Shown here piece by piece: positions 40,946 to 51,223 of a DNA stretch of 64,000 nt. The translations under genes and the position numbers were made by a program. The stretch comes from a virus. Lineage: Duplodnaviria; Caudoviricetes. The stretch covers positions 1 through 64,000 of IMG/VR virus record IMGVR_UViG_3300028591_000131, one strand, 5' to 3'. Numbering within the stretch: position 1 is the first letter of the stretch; the number at the start of each line of letters is the position of its first letter. The notes below the pieces were generated by a model. That model was not told the DNA's origin. It did not search any database and saw nothing but the letters and a program-made list of their open reading frames with translations.

Positions 40946-41419
40946 TTAGGGTATTATTGTACCGCCGTTTATCATTTTAATATAATATGGGTCAATTTGT
41001 GTTCCTGACCCACCAAATTGTCCGGGATGTGTATCTTCATTTTGATCTGAAATATCTAAATATGTTTGTGAACCACCACCGCTAATATCTGTTGTATTGT
41101 CGTAAATCTTTCGCCAACCGTTTACATGATAATTTGCTGCAGTGTTATCCCACGATTGTTTTTCCCAATAATTTACACCACCACTTCTTCGTACCGGCAA
41201 CCAATAAACTCCATTTTTTGACGAATCGCTATCAGAAACAACAGTACAAATAATTCCTTGATATACTGTATTTTGTTCTTGTATTATCCAAGTATCAGAT
41301 GAAAACAAATCATTTTGAGTTCTGATTACAGCACGATCGTCCCACGGCGCATCTAATAATTGTGTTATATTGGATGTTTGGTTAAAAGCTCCATCATACC
41401 TTCTGTTTGCTATATTCAT
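40946..41419 (-). CDS. Tail-associated protein
   Basis: P.DDR.V...Y.G.I..V...NGVY.L motif; GSGTQ.DPY.I. Confidence 0.55.
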   Translation of the reverse strand: MNIANRRYDGAFNQTSNITQLLDAPWDDRAVIRTQNDLFSSDTWIIQEQNTVYQGIICTVVSDSDSSKNGVYWLPVRRSGGVNYWEKQSWDNTAANYHVNGWRKIYDNTTDISGGGSQTYLDISDQNEDTHPGQFGGSGTQIDPYYIKMINGGTIIP

Positions 41420-41426
41420 AACTTAG

Positions 41427-41885
41427 TTATATTATGTTAAAGCTTAATTTATAACGGACACTCTTGTATTCATCTTCGTCTGTATCGTAAGAATAAAAAC
41501 GATATACTCTGTATTGGTTCATATCAGCATCAAGAGGTTGAGCACTTTCTACATGAAACCATTGACTTGTTAATTGAAATGGACTCCAAGAACTTGCACT
41601 TTCATTATATACATAAATATGTCCTTGTTGTAAATCTATCTGATAGTTTATTGGTACAAATATATAATTGTATTGACCTGTAATCAAGGTGCCATCACTA
41701 TTAAAATAATATGGATCTTGTAAGTTATTATTTGAAATTGTACCATTACTTGGAGATGTTGGCAACGGTTGCACGCCCGCCGGTAACACAGTGCTGTCCG
41801 AAGCGAAAGCCGAGTCCCCAAGTATAAACATAGGGACTGGCTCTTGAACTTGCGGTATATACATATTTACATTTATTGAAGGCAT
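41427..41885 (-). CDS. Tail-associated hypothetical protein
   Basis: 152 aa in the fibre block, coupled to neighbours. Confidence 0.5.
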   Translation of the reverse strand: MPSINVNMYIPQVQEPVPMFILGDSAFASDSTVLPAGVQPLPTSPSNGTISNNNLQDPYYFNSDGTLITGQYNYIFVPINYQIDLQQGHIYVYNESASSWSPFQLTSQWFHVESAQPLDADMNQYRVYRFYSYDTDEDEYKSVRYKLSFNII

Positions 41886-41887
41886 GA

Positions 41888-43657
41888 CTACTGGATATTG
41901 CTGTAAAGTTTAAGAGTGTAAACCAACTTACCGGCAGCTGCCGGGTCTTTCACGCTGCAAAACATCAATCGGTTGTTGTAGTAGACACCAAAAGTCCCAT
42001 ACAATAGGTTCTTGGCAATATTTGACGGAGTGTCATCAGCGGGGCATACTTCCAACACGTTATGCTCATCAATCGAAGGTTGTTGGGCAGATTGATAAGC
42101 GCTTGTCTGTGGGTCCCATTTCTGCCAGGTTTGTGTGCCGTTAAGATTGTAATAGCTTTGGTCTTGAGACAAGGCAGCTGGGGTGGATGCAATTGTTATA
42201 CGATAAAGTTCAAATGTAGTACCATCGGCTCCATCTTGACCATCTTGACCATTTTGCCCAGCAGGACCCGTTGCACCTTGTGCACCATCTTGACCATCGT
42301 GAATAATTATTGGTTGACTTAGTGCTTGTCCATCAGCTTTAAATGTCAGTTGAGTTTCTCCATTTCCTTGCGGATCAACTACAAGTGTTATTACAGGACT
42401 ATGACCATCAGCACCAGCTGCACCAGTAGCGCCAGTTGCACCCTGTGGTCCTTGTGGACCTTGTAAACCTTGTGGACCACGTATATTACCAGCATTATCA
42501 AATGTTCCTTGAACCACATCCATCAATACCATTAAATTTCCTTCACTATCGATGTAAGCGTCACCAAGACTTACACAATCTGTAGAACTTGGTTTTATAT
42601 TTATTGCAAAGTTATTAGTGGTACCGCCTTCTTGAATGTTAACAAGACCTTTATCTTCCCAGGTTGTCCCATCATAAGATACTTGAAGTTGATGTGTAGC
42701 AGAGTTTATTCTAACTTGCGGAGTTAAACCATTTGTTCCAGGAGCTCCCTGAACGCCGTTAGTCACATCAAAACTACCTATTACCTGACCATTTTGATCT
42801 ATGCAATTATAAATATTTGTAGCCCCGCTTACAGTCGACGGCAATCCGCCTCCGTCTACTTGAATATCTTCAACACTTCTACCATCTTGACCGTCCTGAC
42901 CATCATGTCCGTCTTGTCCCGGTGTACCAGTGACAGCTTGTGGCACCCATTTGTGAGTGCTGTTATCCCAAGTCAACACATAACCGTTTGTTATAGTACT
43001 AGGAATATTGGTATCTGTCAGTTCCGAAAGTGTTGTTGCACCACCGCTTTGTGGTTTTGGAGCAGGTTTCCAAGTTTGAGTTATCGCACTATAGACTAAA
43101 ATATTTTCATTTTCTACACCATCTGTGTCAACATCTGTTAATTTATTTAACGTTGTTGGAATCGAAGGTTTGTTTAATATAAATGCAGGAGATAAAGTGT
43201 TTGTTTCGTCCCAATTACTTTGTAATTGGTCTCCAACATTTTGAGCAGCCTCCCAACCATTACCAGTCCAAGTAAGAACATAGCCTGGTTGTACATTCAG
43301 TGGATTTTCACTAACATCACCAATATCAGTCAAATGATCAACAGTTGTGGAAATCTCAATTTCGTGCCAATCATCGTTTGCGTCTTTATATTCTATCGTG
43401 TCATTCTTTTCATTGTATCTGATGTTGCAGATATCCCCGTTCATTATATCTTCCAGCCGAAGTTTTACTTCAGGACAATCTGTATTGGAATTATATTGAT
43501 AACCAACAAGAAACACTTTGTTTACGTCTCCATCTTGATCGTGATTATAATTGTTGTCAATATTGCTGGGAAACGTTTGTGGAGAACCATTATCTGCTGA
43601 ATTTTTCAACAGAAATTCCTTAAATCTTTTTACACTTAATTTGCAACCGTTACTCAT
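41888..43657 (-). CDS. Collagen-like tail fibre protein
   Basis: Gly-X-Y tracts (GQDGHDGQDG, GPQGLQGPQG) and three L.D/E.TD...VL.W....W repeats. Confidence 0.8.
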   Translation of the reverse strand: MSNGCKLSVKRFKEFLLKNSADNGSPQTFPSNIDNNYNHDQDGDVNKVFLVGYQYNSNTDCPEVKLRLEDIMNGDICNIRYNEKNDTIEYKDANDDWHEIEISTTVDHLTDIGDVSENPLNVQPGYVLTWTGNGWEAAQNVGDQLQSNWDETNTLSPAFILNKPSIPTTLNKLTDVDTDGVENENILVYSAITQTWKPAPKPQSGGATTLSELTDTNIPSTITNGYVLTWDNSTHKWVPQAVTGTPGQDGHDGQDGQDGRSVEDIQVDGGGLPSTVSGATNIYNCIDQNGQVIGSFDVTNGVQGAPGTNGLTPQVRINSATHQLQVSYDGTTWEDKGLVNIQEGGTTNNFAINIKPSSTDCVSLGDAYIDSEGNLMVLMDVVQGTFDNAGNIRGPQGLQGPQGPQGATGATGAAGADGHSPVITLVVDPQGNGETQLTFKADGQALSQPIIIHDGQDGAQGATGPAGQNGQDGQDGADGTTFELYRITIASTPAALSQDQSYYNLNGTQTWQKWDPQTSAYQSAQQPSIDEHNVLEVCPADDTPSNIAKNLLYGTFGVYYNNRLMFCSVKDPAAAGKLVYTLKLYSNIQ

Positions 43658-44178
43658 TATATTACAGGTTTTACGTTATATTCAAAATAAATATTATCTT
43701 CGTCTTCTTTTACGTCATTGTCGATTATCAAACCACTGTTGGTCAACCAAATCTCATTGTCTAATGCTTGTTGTAATGGCATATCTTCAATGTCTATACT
43801 TCCAATGGGTTCTGTTTCATTCAAAGCTATCAGGTATTTTCTTTCCTCTGGCTGTGACTGAATAAAACCGATGGCTTCCACTACAGGTGTACAGTCGCCT
43901 TCAAGAAGACGTATATTGCAGGTGTTATCCGTGAGACACGATATATTCTGCATGAACACCCGCTCGATTTCAGCAACAAGCTTGTTATCAACCTTCCATT
44001 CGTCAACATCACTTTCGGTTTCATAATAGTACACAAAGTCGCTGTTATTCCTCAAGTAATCGAAAAACCACAGCAAGAGCAGTTTCTTTCTCTCTGACAG
44101 AGAGGCACCGCCCATCTTACGCAGTGTGTTGAAATAACCGACAAATGCGTGTCCAGTTGTCTTCGCTATACTATCCAT
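43657..44178 (-). CDS. Tail hub protein B-like
   Basis: YFNTL...G...LLLL motif, Cys-containing, paired with the next gene. Confidence 0.6.
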   Translation of the reverse strand: MDSIAKTTGHAFVGYFNTLRKMGGASLSERKKLLLLWFFDYLRNNSDFVYYYETESDVDEWKVDNKLVAEIERVFMQNISCLTDNTCNIRLLEGDCTPVVEAIGFIQSQPEERKYLIALNETEPIGSIDIEDMPLQQALDNEIWLTNSGLIIDNDVKEDEDNIYFEYNVKPVI

Positions 44179-44803
44179 TACAGTTACAGTTTCGTGAAGG
44201 TGAGTTCAGAACGTGATAGTATCGCTTTCCACAGGACAGCTTGGAGAATATCATTTCAAGATAAGGACTCTTAGATTCAACAGCAGCCCTTAATGTGAAA
44301 AGTTTAAGTAGTTTATTGAGCAAATCTCTTGGTATTTCGCAGTCATTGCACTTTAACTTTACAGATTCAAGGAGATCACGCTCATATTGCGTGAGGTCAG
44401 CAGCATATCCCTCCACGACAAAATTGCCGTCAGAGTCCACGTCGGCGCAACATATGTTAATATTGCCTATAGGGTTATTGCTTTCATCATACAAATAAGG
44501 TGGTATCACCAGCACCCATTTCACCAGTCTGTCTTTTTTCGGGGCAAAATGGTAGCGTACAAATATACCGGTGATTATTCCATCGTCGTTATATACATTA
44601 CCATGATCGTAATATTCCGGATCGCTTTCAACAAGCTCATATGGATCTGTTGCGTTGTCATAATCAGGCGCGTATTCATATAACCTGATATCCTGCACAC
44701 TGATATGGGCCTCCGCCTCAGTGTAGGTCTCATCAATCGCAACATCAAGCTGGAAAGTGCCGTTACTGAATATTGTCTTTGTTGTTATAGGATTCGTTAC
44801 CAC
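44171..44803 (-). CDS. Tail hub protein A-like
   Basis: GTG start; C.DCEIP and C-terminal NCNCNG; follows the auxiliary capsid gene. Confidence 0.65.
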   Translation of the reverse strand: MVTNPITTKTIFSNGTFQLDVAIDETYTEAEAHISVQDIRLYEYAPDYDNATDPYELVESDPEYYDHGNVYNDDGIITGIFVRYHFAPKKDRLVKWVLVIPPYLYDESNNPIGNINICCADVDSDGNFVVEGYAADLTQYERDLLESVKLKCNDCEIPRDLLNKLLKLFTLRAAVESKSPYLEMIFSKLSCGKRYYHVLNSPSRNCNCNG

Positions 44804-44855
44804 AATCTATTAATTTTACTAACCGTTATTTAATTTGTATGTAAATATAGCAAGG

Positions 44856-44883
44856 CTTTCACCGTCTTGTTCAACGGTGAAAG
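44856..44883. terminator. Stem-loop after auxiliary capsid gene (weak terminator or stabiliser)
   Basis: CTTTCACCGT / ACGGTGAAAG perfect 10-bp stem; U-tract poor. Confidence 0.5.
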
Positions 44884-44922
44884 TCGTGCTTTTAATATTT
44901 ATTTGAAATTTATGTTCAACTG

Positions 44923-46029
44923 TTAATTACCACCTTCAGTTTCAGTATTGTCTTGACTTTGTGTATTTTCAGAAGATCCACAAATCGTATTATAAAATCC
45001 TTCAAGAACGGAGTTCACATTATTTCCACCAGCAGCAGTAGCAACCAGCGTCAACACTTTCTCAGATTTGTCTGAACGAACACCTTCTCCTTGGAAATAA
45101 TAATGAATATCGAGATAATCATACTCGTCGGTATCACCAGGGTTGTTAATCATATAAGCAGTATGAATAACGTTCGGCCAACCGACATTACGATATTGAT
45201 CACCACGCTCACCCATGCAGAAATACTCAAGATCTGCAGTGCGTTTACCGTTACCGATATAATCAACACCTGCAGTGCTGCCAGTACCTGTAGTGTCTTG
45301 GGCGGTACCATAAACACCAACACGGCTGTTATTCTCCAACGGAAGTGAAGTCAAATTCGGATCGTGCCAATTTTCCCAAGTAAGGTTATCAATAACAATT
45401 TGAGTAGGTTTATTGTCAGCAACACCAACATACCAAGGGGCACCAGCTTTTCCTTTTATAGTCACAGTGGTATTACTACCAGTAACAGACAAAAGGTCGT
45501 TATCAAGATTTTTCTTGGCATTGAACGCAAGCTTGATGGCTTCTGCCATTTGTGCACCCCAATCACCATAATTAGTATCGTTGCTATTCATCGGCTGACC
45601 TTTTTCGTTGTAGTTATAACGCATAGCTACAGTCTTGGTTTCAATTTCCTCATCAGTTGCATTCAGGAAACCAGGGAAGCTGAAATTCATATAAAACACG
45701 TCACCCGTTGCATAATCATTAGCATTTAACGTATTGGTAATCAACCAGGACGGAAGATACATACGAAGCCTGGAAGCGGGAGTTTTCGTAATTTTACGAA
45801 TATTTTCACGATGAATAATATCGCTGTGACCGAGTTCACCAAGTGCATTTACATAGAAGAACTCATACGTTTTAGGATCTTCGTGTTGACCCCAATCGTC
45901 AAACTCTTTTAACAAGGTCTTACCGGGATCTTGTAAAGTCGTACCAGCAGCATGTGCTTTAATGTTTGCGTCAGTCATAGTGCCGGTAACAACATAAAGT
46001 TGTCTAACTTGATTTGTACTAAATACCAT
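44923..46029 (-). CDS. Auxiliary capsid protein (crAss-conserved)
   Basis: FSTNQVRQLYV and ADLEYFCMGERGDQYR..GWP motifs. Confidence 0.85.
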   Translation of the reverse strand: MVFSTNQVRQLYVVTGTMTDANIKAHAAGTTLQDPGKTLLKEFDDWGQHEDPKTYEFFYVNALGELGHSDIIHRENIRKITKTPASRLRMYLPSWLITNTLNANDYATGDVFYMNFSFPGFLNATDEEIETKTVAMRYNYNEKGQPMNSNDTNYGDWGAQMAEAIKLAFNAKKNLDNDLLSVTGSNTTVTIKGKAGAPWYVGVADNKPTQIVIDNLTWENWHDPNLTSLPLENNSRVGVYGTAQDTTGTGSTAGVDYIGNGKRTADLEYFCMGERGDQYRNVGWPNVIHTAYMINNPGDTDEYDYLDIHYYFQGEGVRSDKSEKVLTLVATAAGGNNVNSVLEGFYNTICGSSENTQSQDNTETEGGN

Positions 46030-46060
46030 AATATTATAGTTTTAAATTATTTTATTTGAT

Positions 46061-46798
46061 TTATAAATCTCTTGTATCCACTGCAAATGTAGTATTCAAA
46101 TCTCCAACATAAGCAGCTTTTGCCAACTCAACAGCTCTTGCAATTACTTTGTGTTGCAGCACATCGGGTATTTCGGGTTCTGTCGGATCAGACATATTAT
46201 CGATTGTGTATTCAGAATTGTTGTTTTCGTCAACGCCAAAAACCTTTAAATCTACAAGAATTATCGGTTTCGGGTTTCTTAAATAAGTCACGTTATAACG
46301 AGATAATTCATTTTGACTTAATATGTGAAATTCAACATTACCCAAATGACTTTTATCATACCGTATTGCTTTACGCTCATTAGGACGTTTAAACGGGTCA
46401 TTTAAGACGCGATTTATGTCTTCATGTGTAGTTGGTGTAACTTGCATAATTGACCCGTTTAAACAGCCTTCTGAAGCGTTCTGAGCGGTTTCTCGAACAA
46501 CATACATTAAATTGTCCGGTTTACCCACAATATAATCTTTGAAAGAACCGTATTGTTGATAATCAGAAAGGTTTTCTTCATACTCATCAATTAACGTATC
46601 AAGATAACGCCGTACTTCTTCGTCCGATTCAAACGAATTATAATTTGAATTTTTACCACTGTAATACATACGGACAAGTTCATTTTGAGCTTTTGTCAAA
46701 AACAAACTTTTTTCGTACTCATTCAGATTCGGAGCAGCACCACTACTGATGTTGTTATATAAAATATCAAACTCGGAGTCAATCTCTTTTAACGTCAT
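46061..46798 (-). CDS. Tail ring protein (R3-like)
   Basis: EFDILYNNI.S..AP.LNEYEKSLFLTKAQ and YLR.P.PIIL.DL. Confidence 0.82.
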   Translation of the reverse strand: MTLKEIDSEFDILYNNISSGAAPNLNEYEKSLFLTKAQNELVRMYYSGKNSNYNSFESDEEVRRYLDTLIDEYEENLSDYQQYGSFKDYIVGKPDNLMYVVRETAQNASEGCLNGSIMQVTPTTHEDINRVLNDPFKRPNERKAIRYDKSHLGNVEFHILSQNELSRYNVTYLRNPKPIILVDLKVFGVDENNNSEYTIDNMSDPTEPEIPDVLQHKVIARAVELAKAAYVGDLNTTFAVDTRDL

Positions 46799-46800
46799 TG

Positions 46801-47694
46801 TTATGCATTTAATTTACCTTCTAATGTATATTTTAATTCAGATCTTTTAGGATTTGAAAGATAAGCTGCCGCTACATTGATAGTTGGTTCAGAACCAGAA
46901 TCACACAGAGGTGAATTATCTGAAGCAAGATAATAATAATCACCACGCTTCAATATCAACTTTTCAGCAACACACTTACGAATCAATACTTTTGTATGTA
47001 ACAAAGGATCGTTTGCAAATTTTACAAACATCTTTGAATTGTTTGTAATGTGATCTTGTAACCTCGAAAGAATAGTTTCTTGTTTGACTTTATCACTTAT
47101 AGGACGACCATCTAACATTTCCAATATTGTAGCCAAAACATCTCTTTTGTCCATATATTGACCAAGCAACATATAAGCTTCCATCGATGTGTTGAGTTTA
47201 CGCATGTTGGTTTTATCTTCCTCATCGTCCATAATCATTACAAAACGATAAGTCTCACGAGGCTTGTTTTCAAGAGTTTGCAAAGAATCAGCAATAAAGT
47301 TTTTGTTAGCAAGTAAAACTTTATATTTGATATAATCCATAGGTACAGATAAATCCAAAACGGTATCATCTTTACCTAAAGTAACTTCAAAATTATCCCA
47401 AAAGTTATGCTCTCTATTATAAATAGATAAAGCATTTTTTTCCATTCCCATAACGTATTCCAAATAATCTTTTTCGGCATTAGTCAACACGTTGTAATAT
47501 GAGCCGTTTGATTCATAAACGGGTGCTACATATTTAACATGAGATCCTTCTGCAAGACCACCTGCAAGCACGTGTTTGGGATCTCTTATGAGATTTGATT
47601 GTTTTACAATATATCTAACAATAACTTTCTTGTTTGTCAAACAATTTACTAATTCGTTTGTTTTATCTTTCGTTTGTTTATTTTCTTCAGCCAT
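46801..47694 (-). CDS. Conserved crAss protein downstream of MCP
   Basis: NVLT..EK..LE, LDLS.PMDYIKYKVLL. Confidence 0.75.
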   Translation of the reverse strand: MAEENKQTKDKTNELVNCLTNKKVIVRYIVKQSNLIRDPKHVLAGGLAEGSHVKYVAPVYESNGSYYNVLTNAEKDYLEYVMGMEKNALSIYNREHNFWDNFEVTLGKDDTVLDLSVPMDYIKYKVLLANKNFIADSLQTLENKPRETYRFVMIMDDEEDKTNMRKLNTSMEAYMLLGQYMDKRDVLATILEMLDGRPISDKVKQETILSRLQDHITNNSKMFVKFANDPLLHTKVLIRKCVAEKLILKRGDYYYLASDNSPLCDSGSEPTINVAAAYLSNPKRSELKYTLEGKLNA

Positions 47695-47712
47695 TTTCCA
47701 TATATTTAGTTA

Positions 47713-49221
47713 TTATTCGCCTTGCAGAATTGCAGGAATCAAAGAAATAGATCTTGTAGGATCCAAAACAAATACACCACCCCACCACATCTTGTGAATC
47801 TCCGTGGAGTCTTCATCGGTGGTCATGTAGTTGATATTGGTTTCCCCAGTAAACGGATTACGCAAACCAGGAATCATACCTCTTACCTCATCAAGACCTT
47901 TGATTTTGGCAAGTTGAATGTTGGGTTGATCCATGGAACCAAGGTAAGTAATGTCGAATCTGTAAGATTCAGCAACACCACCATCCGGATGCATAATCTT
48001 ATTACGTACGGTGTCATCGTACATAGGATCTATTTCCAGTTTGATAACCACACCATTTGCAGAATGGTATTCAGTAAACTGGAATCCAGCAGACAGAGCG
48101 GTATCATGTAACGGAGAAGAAGTCTTCTTAATCATACCGAGATTATCTGCATTCACCTGGAATGTACGAGTCCAACCGGAAACATCATTCAAAACAGCTT
48201 TGTGGAACATTGCAGCACCACGCTCACCAGTACGAAGAATAAACGTACGATCATTAAGAGCCAATTTGTTAGCAGAAATAGCATACAAAGCATCCTCTAA
48301 CAGCTTCAAGGAGAACTTGGTGTAATAAGTCACATTAGCCATCTCGGTTTGTTCACGAATACCGGAACCCATTTGAATGACGTTACCAGACTTACCATAG
48401 TTCAAATATTCACCATTTGCATTTCTGTTAGAACGACCATACATGAGCAGGTTGTTCTTCTCATCTTGGAATTGTTCCTCAAGTTCATAATCCACATAGT
48501 GCATCCACATATTTTGGACTACAGTCTTGCCAGTCTTGTTGTCAATAAACGGAATACCGACACCCAGTTTCTTATTGATCATAGAACCGGGAACTTTATG
48601 ACGAATACGCAGACGAGACCACTCGTTACGCATTTTCACAGGTGCCATAAAGTGAATATCACCAACACCTCTGGACAGTTCTTTCTCAACAGGAGAATAT
48701 TCAATACTGAATTTCTCACCGCAAAGCAATCTTTCAGCAGGAACACCAGCAGTAAGACCACCCATGGTTTCAACTTTGTAAACAGCATTTGTTCCCTCCA
48801 TACGAGGTTCACCAAGAACTCTCAAAGGATACACTTCATTCAAATTACCGACAATTACATTGCCATCAGCAAACCAATCTTCTGCAAAAACAAGATAGAA
48901 AGGTTCACCGGCAATACCAATATTACCAGACTGTGCAGTAACCACCGTACCAGTAATATCTCTTGCTTCTACCAACGGGATATTTCTACGAGAAGAAGAA
49001 ATAACATCCCATGTGTACTCATCGTCAGTATCAAAAACTTTCGTGGGGAACTGACTAAGATAAGTTTCCAGAGTTTTGCCACGTCTCGTTGCGAGTAATT
49101 GAATCATTACATTCGTGGCTTTTTGAGGCTCATTTTGAAAGATAGCACTCAAGTGGTTCTCTTTAGTCAAGCCCTTCCAACTGGAAAAAGTAATAGTTTG
49201 GAATTTTCCTAAACGTGCCAT
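47713..49221 (-). CDS. Major capsid protein
   Basis: 502 aa; WKGLT.ENHL, SSRRNIPLVEARD, RMEGTNAVYKVE, DPTR.ISLIPAILQG; closely matches the PhiCrAss001-type MCP as recalled. Confidence 0.96.
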   Translation of the reverse strand: MARLGKFQTITFSSWKGLTKENHLSAIFQNEPQKATNVMIQLLATRRGKTLETYLSQFPTKVFDTDDEYTWDVISSSRRNIPLVEARDITGTVVTAQSGNIGIAGEPFYLVFAEDWFADGNVIVGNLNEVYPLRVLGEPRMEGTNAVYKVETMGGLTAGVPAERLLCGEKFSIEYSPVEKELSRGVGDIHFMAPVKMRNEWSRLRIRHKVPGSMINKKLGVGIPFIDNKTGKTVVQNMWMHYVDYELEEQFQDEKNNLLMYGRSNRNANGEYLNYGKSGNVIQMGSGIREQTEMANVTYYTKFSLKLLEDALYAISANKLALNDRTFILRTGERGAAMFHKAVLNDVSGWTRTFQVNADNLGMIKKTSSPLHDTALSAGFQFTEYHSANGVVIKLEIDPMYDDTVRNKIMHPDGGVAESYRFDITYLGSMDQPNIQLAKIKGLDEVRGMIPGLRNPFTGETNINYMTTDEDSTEIHKMWWGGVFVLDPTRSISLIPAILQGE

Positions 49222-49241
49222 AAATAATTTTTTTAATTAGA

Positions 49242-50384
49242 TTAAATATTTAAAGTATAACGTGAATTAGGTTTTTGTTGTTCGCCACGTCCTTTACTGA
49301 CGTATCTGAAACTAGTACCATAATTCTTTTGGTTTTTCAATTTATTTTCCAAATCCCGTATATTTTCATTATTTTTTGTATTTACAACCTTACCAACAAG
49401 TTTATCAAAATTTTTAAACCCATCTGTAATTGTGAATATCGTACCAACTTTTTGTAAAAAATCTTCGGGATTTTCCATTTGATACATTTGCAATTTACTG
49501 TAATAATGCCCGTCTTTACCTAAAACAGAAGGATCGTATACATTGCTTACAATTTTACCTCTTACTCGTTTATCAAGTTTTATACCTGAAAAAGGTTCTT
49601 CCGTTTCCATAATTGTATCTATAACCTTTTTCTGATGAAGTTGCATTTCTGCTTGTCTTTTTTCCTCTTCTAGCTTTGCAGTATTTATCTTGTTGTCATA
49701 CAACTGTTGATAAAATTGTTTTTGAGTTACCAAAGCGTTTTGTGCATCTTCGATATCTGTTCCAGCATCAAAAGACTTTTTCACTTCTCTGTTTACTTGA
49801 TCTTCATTCATACCAAGGTTTTGGTAATAAGAAGCAATAAGATCCTTGCGTAGTTGTGTAATTTGTTCATTTGAATCGTCTTTCAAAGATTCAGGATCAA
49901 TCTTGTTCAAATAGTCTATAGTGTTTTGAATGTAGTTTAATTCTTGTACATCAGCACCATATCCCATTGCATCAAGCAATTCTTGTTGTTTTGAATCGAA
50001 ACGGCTTTTTATTTCAGTTTCAATTGCAGATTTAAATGTGTCAGCATCTGTAATGCTTGCCACACTATCATCATCAAGATATTCGAGAACCCCGTCATTC
50101 TTAAGAGCACTGGCTATGGAAGAATAAAAGTCGGCTGAAGAATTACCAGGTTCTTCTTGAACTTCAGGGTTCTTCGTATCTTGTTTATCTTCATCACCTA
50201 CGCTCTCTGAATCATCGTCAAACAGACTTTCCGGGTCAATGTCAACGATATTCTCGGTGTTATCATTATCATTATTATTATCTGTTTCTTCTACAGAAAC
50301 ATCATCTTTTTGTTCATCATCCTCGTTGCCAAAAAAATTAAAACTCAACGAATCATCAATGTTGTTAAAATCTAAATCTTCCAT
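49242..50384 (-). CDS. Putative scaffolding protein
   Basis: Very acidic N-terminus, coiled coil, directly upstream of MCP. Start moved to 50384 (MEDLDF). Confidence 0.7.
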   Translation of the reverse strand: MEDLDFNNIDDSLSFNFFGNEDDEQKDDVSVEETDNNNDNDNTENIVDIDPESLFDDDSESVGDEDKQDTKNPEVQEEPGNSSADFYSSIASALKNDGVLEYLDDDSVASITDADTFKSAIETEIKSRFDSKQQELLDAMGYGADVQELNYIQNTIDYLNKIDPESLKDDSNEQITQLRKDLIASYYQNLGMNEDQVNREVKKSFDAGTDIEDAQNALVTQKQFYQQLYDNKINTAKLEEEKRQAEMQLHQKKVIDTIMETEEPFSGIKLDKRVRGKIVSNVYDPSVLGKDGHYYSKLQMYQMENPEDFLQKVGTIFTITDGFKNFDKLVGKVVNTKNNENIRDLENKLKNQKNYGTSFRYVSKGRGEQQKPNSRYTLNI

Positions 50385-50394
50385 ATTTTTATAT

Positions 50395-50874
50395 TTAAAA
50401 TTTATAAATAACTCCAACCCCAACCGATGGGCCAAAGTCAAACTTTTTACTATTCAATCCGTATATAGCAGAAAATCCTGCATATACTCCAAATCCAAAA
50501 TGTTTTATTTGTTTGTCAACAGTTTTCGTAATAGTAATTGTGTCTTTTATTATTGTATCGTGCGTTATAACACGTATTTCAAGATTATCAATCACTATTG
50601 TATCTTTTGTGTCACCACTTACTAAAACAGAATCGGTATTGTTAAATACAAATACTGTGTCAATATGTCCTGGTAATTGATAATAGTGATCCACAAAGAC
50701 TGAATCTGTTTTCCTATCCACAATAGTATCTGTGACATGTTTTATTTTTATTGTTGTTTTTTCTTTATCGTTACATTTTACAAACAAAATACTTGACAAC
50801 AAACATATAGTTACAATAAATATTGTGTATATCAATACTATCCACTTAAAAGATTTATTCTTGCTTGTTATCAT
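50395..50874 (-). CDS. Putative spanin-like lysis protein
   Basis: N-terminal hydrophobic helix ending FVKC, DT-rich repeats, C-terminal amphipathic beta strands ending in Phe. Confidence 0.5.
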   Translation of the reverse strand: MITSKNKSFKWIVLIYTIFIVTICLLSSILFVKCNDKEKTTIKIKHVTDTIVDRKTDSVFVDHYYQLPGHIDTVFVFNNTDSVLVSGDTKDTIVIDNLEIRVITHDTIIKDTITITKTVDKQIKHFGFGVYAGFSAIYGLNSKKFDFGPSVGVGVIYKF

Positions 50875-51223
50875 TATTATTTAAAGTTTCTTCTGTTTGT
50901 TCAGTGTCATCTTCATCAAAGTTATCAAAATCAATAGCTATTATTTCACGTAAAGCACAATTTGTTTTTGCACATGTTTTTGTAGTAACATCTACTAGAT
51001 AAGAATATAATCTGCTTATCTTGCGATTAGCCATAATTTGAGCCCTGTTTAAACGGTTTGTTTCTTTTTCGTTATACGTCAATCGTTCACGTATAGCTTC
51101 AAATTCGTCTTTTTGTGTCATAATTGTATCCTGTTTCTTGGAAAATAATTTTGACACAATCAAATGTAAAATTTCTGAAATTCCCAATGTTCCTGCAATT
51201 GCAATTATAATTTCTATTGTCAT
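50855..51223 (-). CDS. Putative holin-like membrane protein
   Basis: One N-terminal TM helix, coiled coil, C.K..C..R motif; ATGA overlap with the portal stop. Confidence 0.5.
   Translation of the reverse strand: MTIEIIIAIAGTLGISEILHLIVSKLFSKKQDTIMTQKDEFEAIRERLTYNEKETNRLNRAQIMANRKISRLYSYLVDVTTKTCAKTNCALREIIAIDFDNFDEDDTEQTEETLNNNDNKQE

Noticed and set aside
42220-42930. Short 9-nt tandem repeats (e.g. ACCATCTTG)
   Set aside because: They encode collagen Gly-X-Y triplets; not an independent DNA repeat element.
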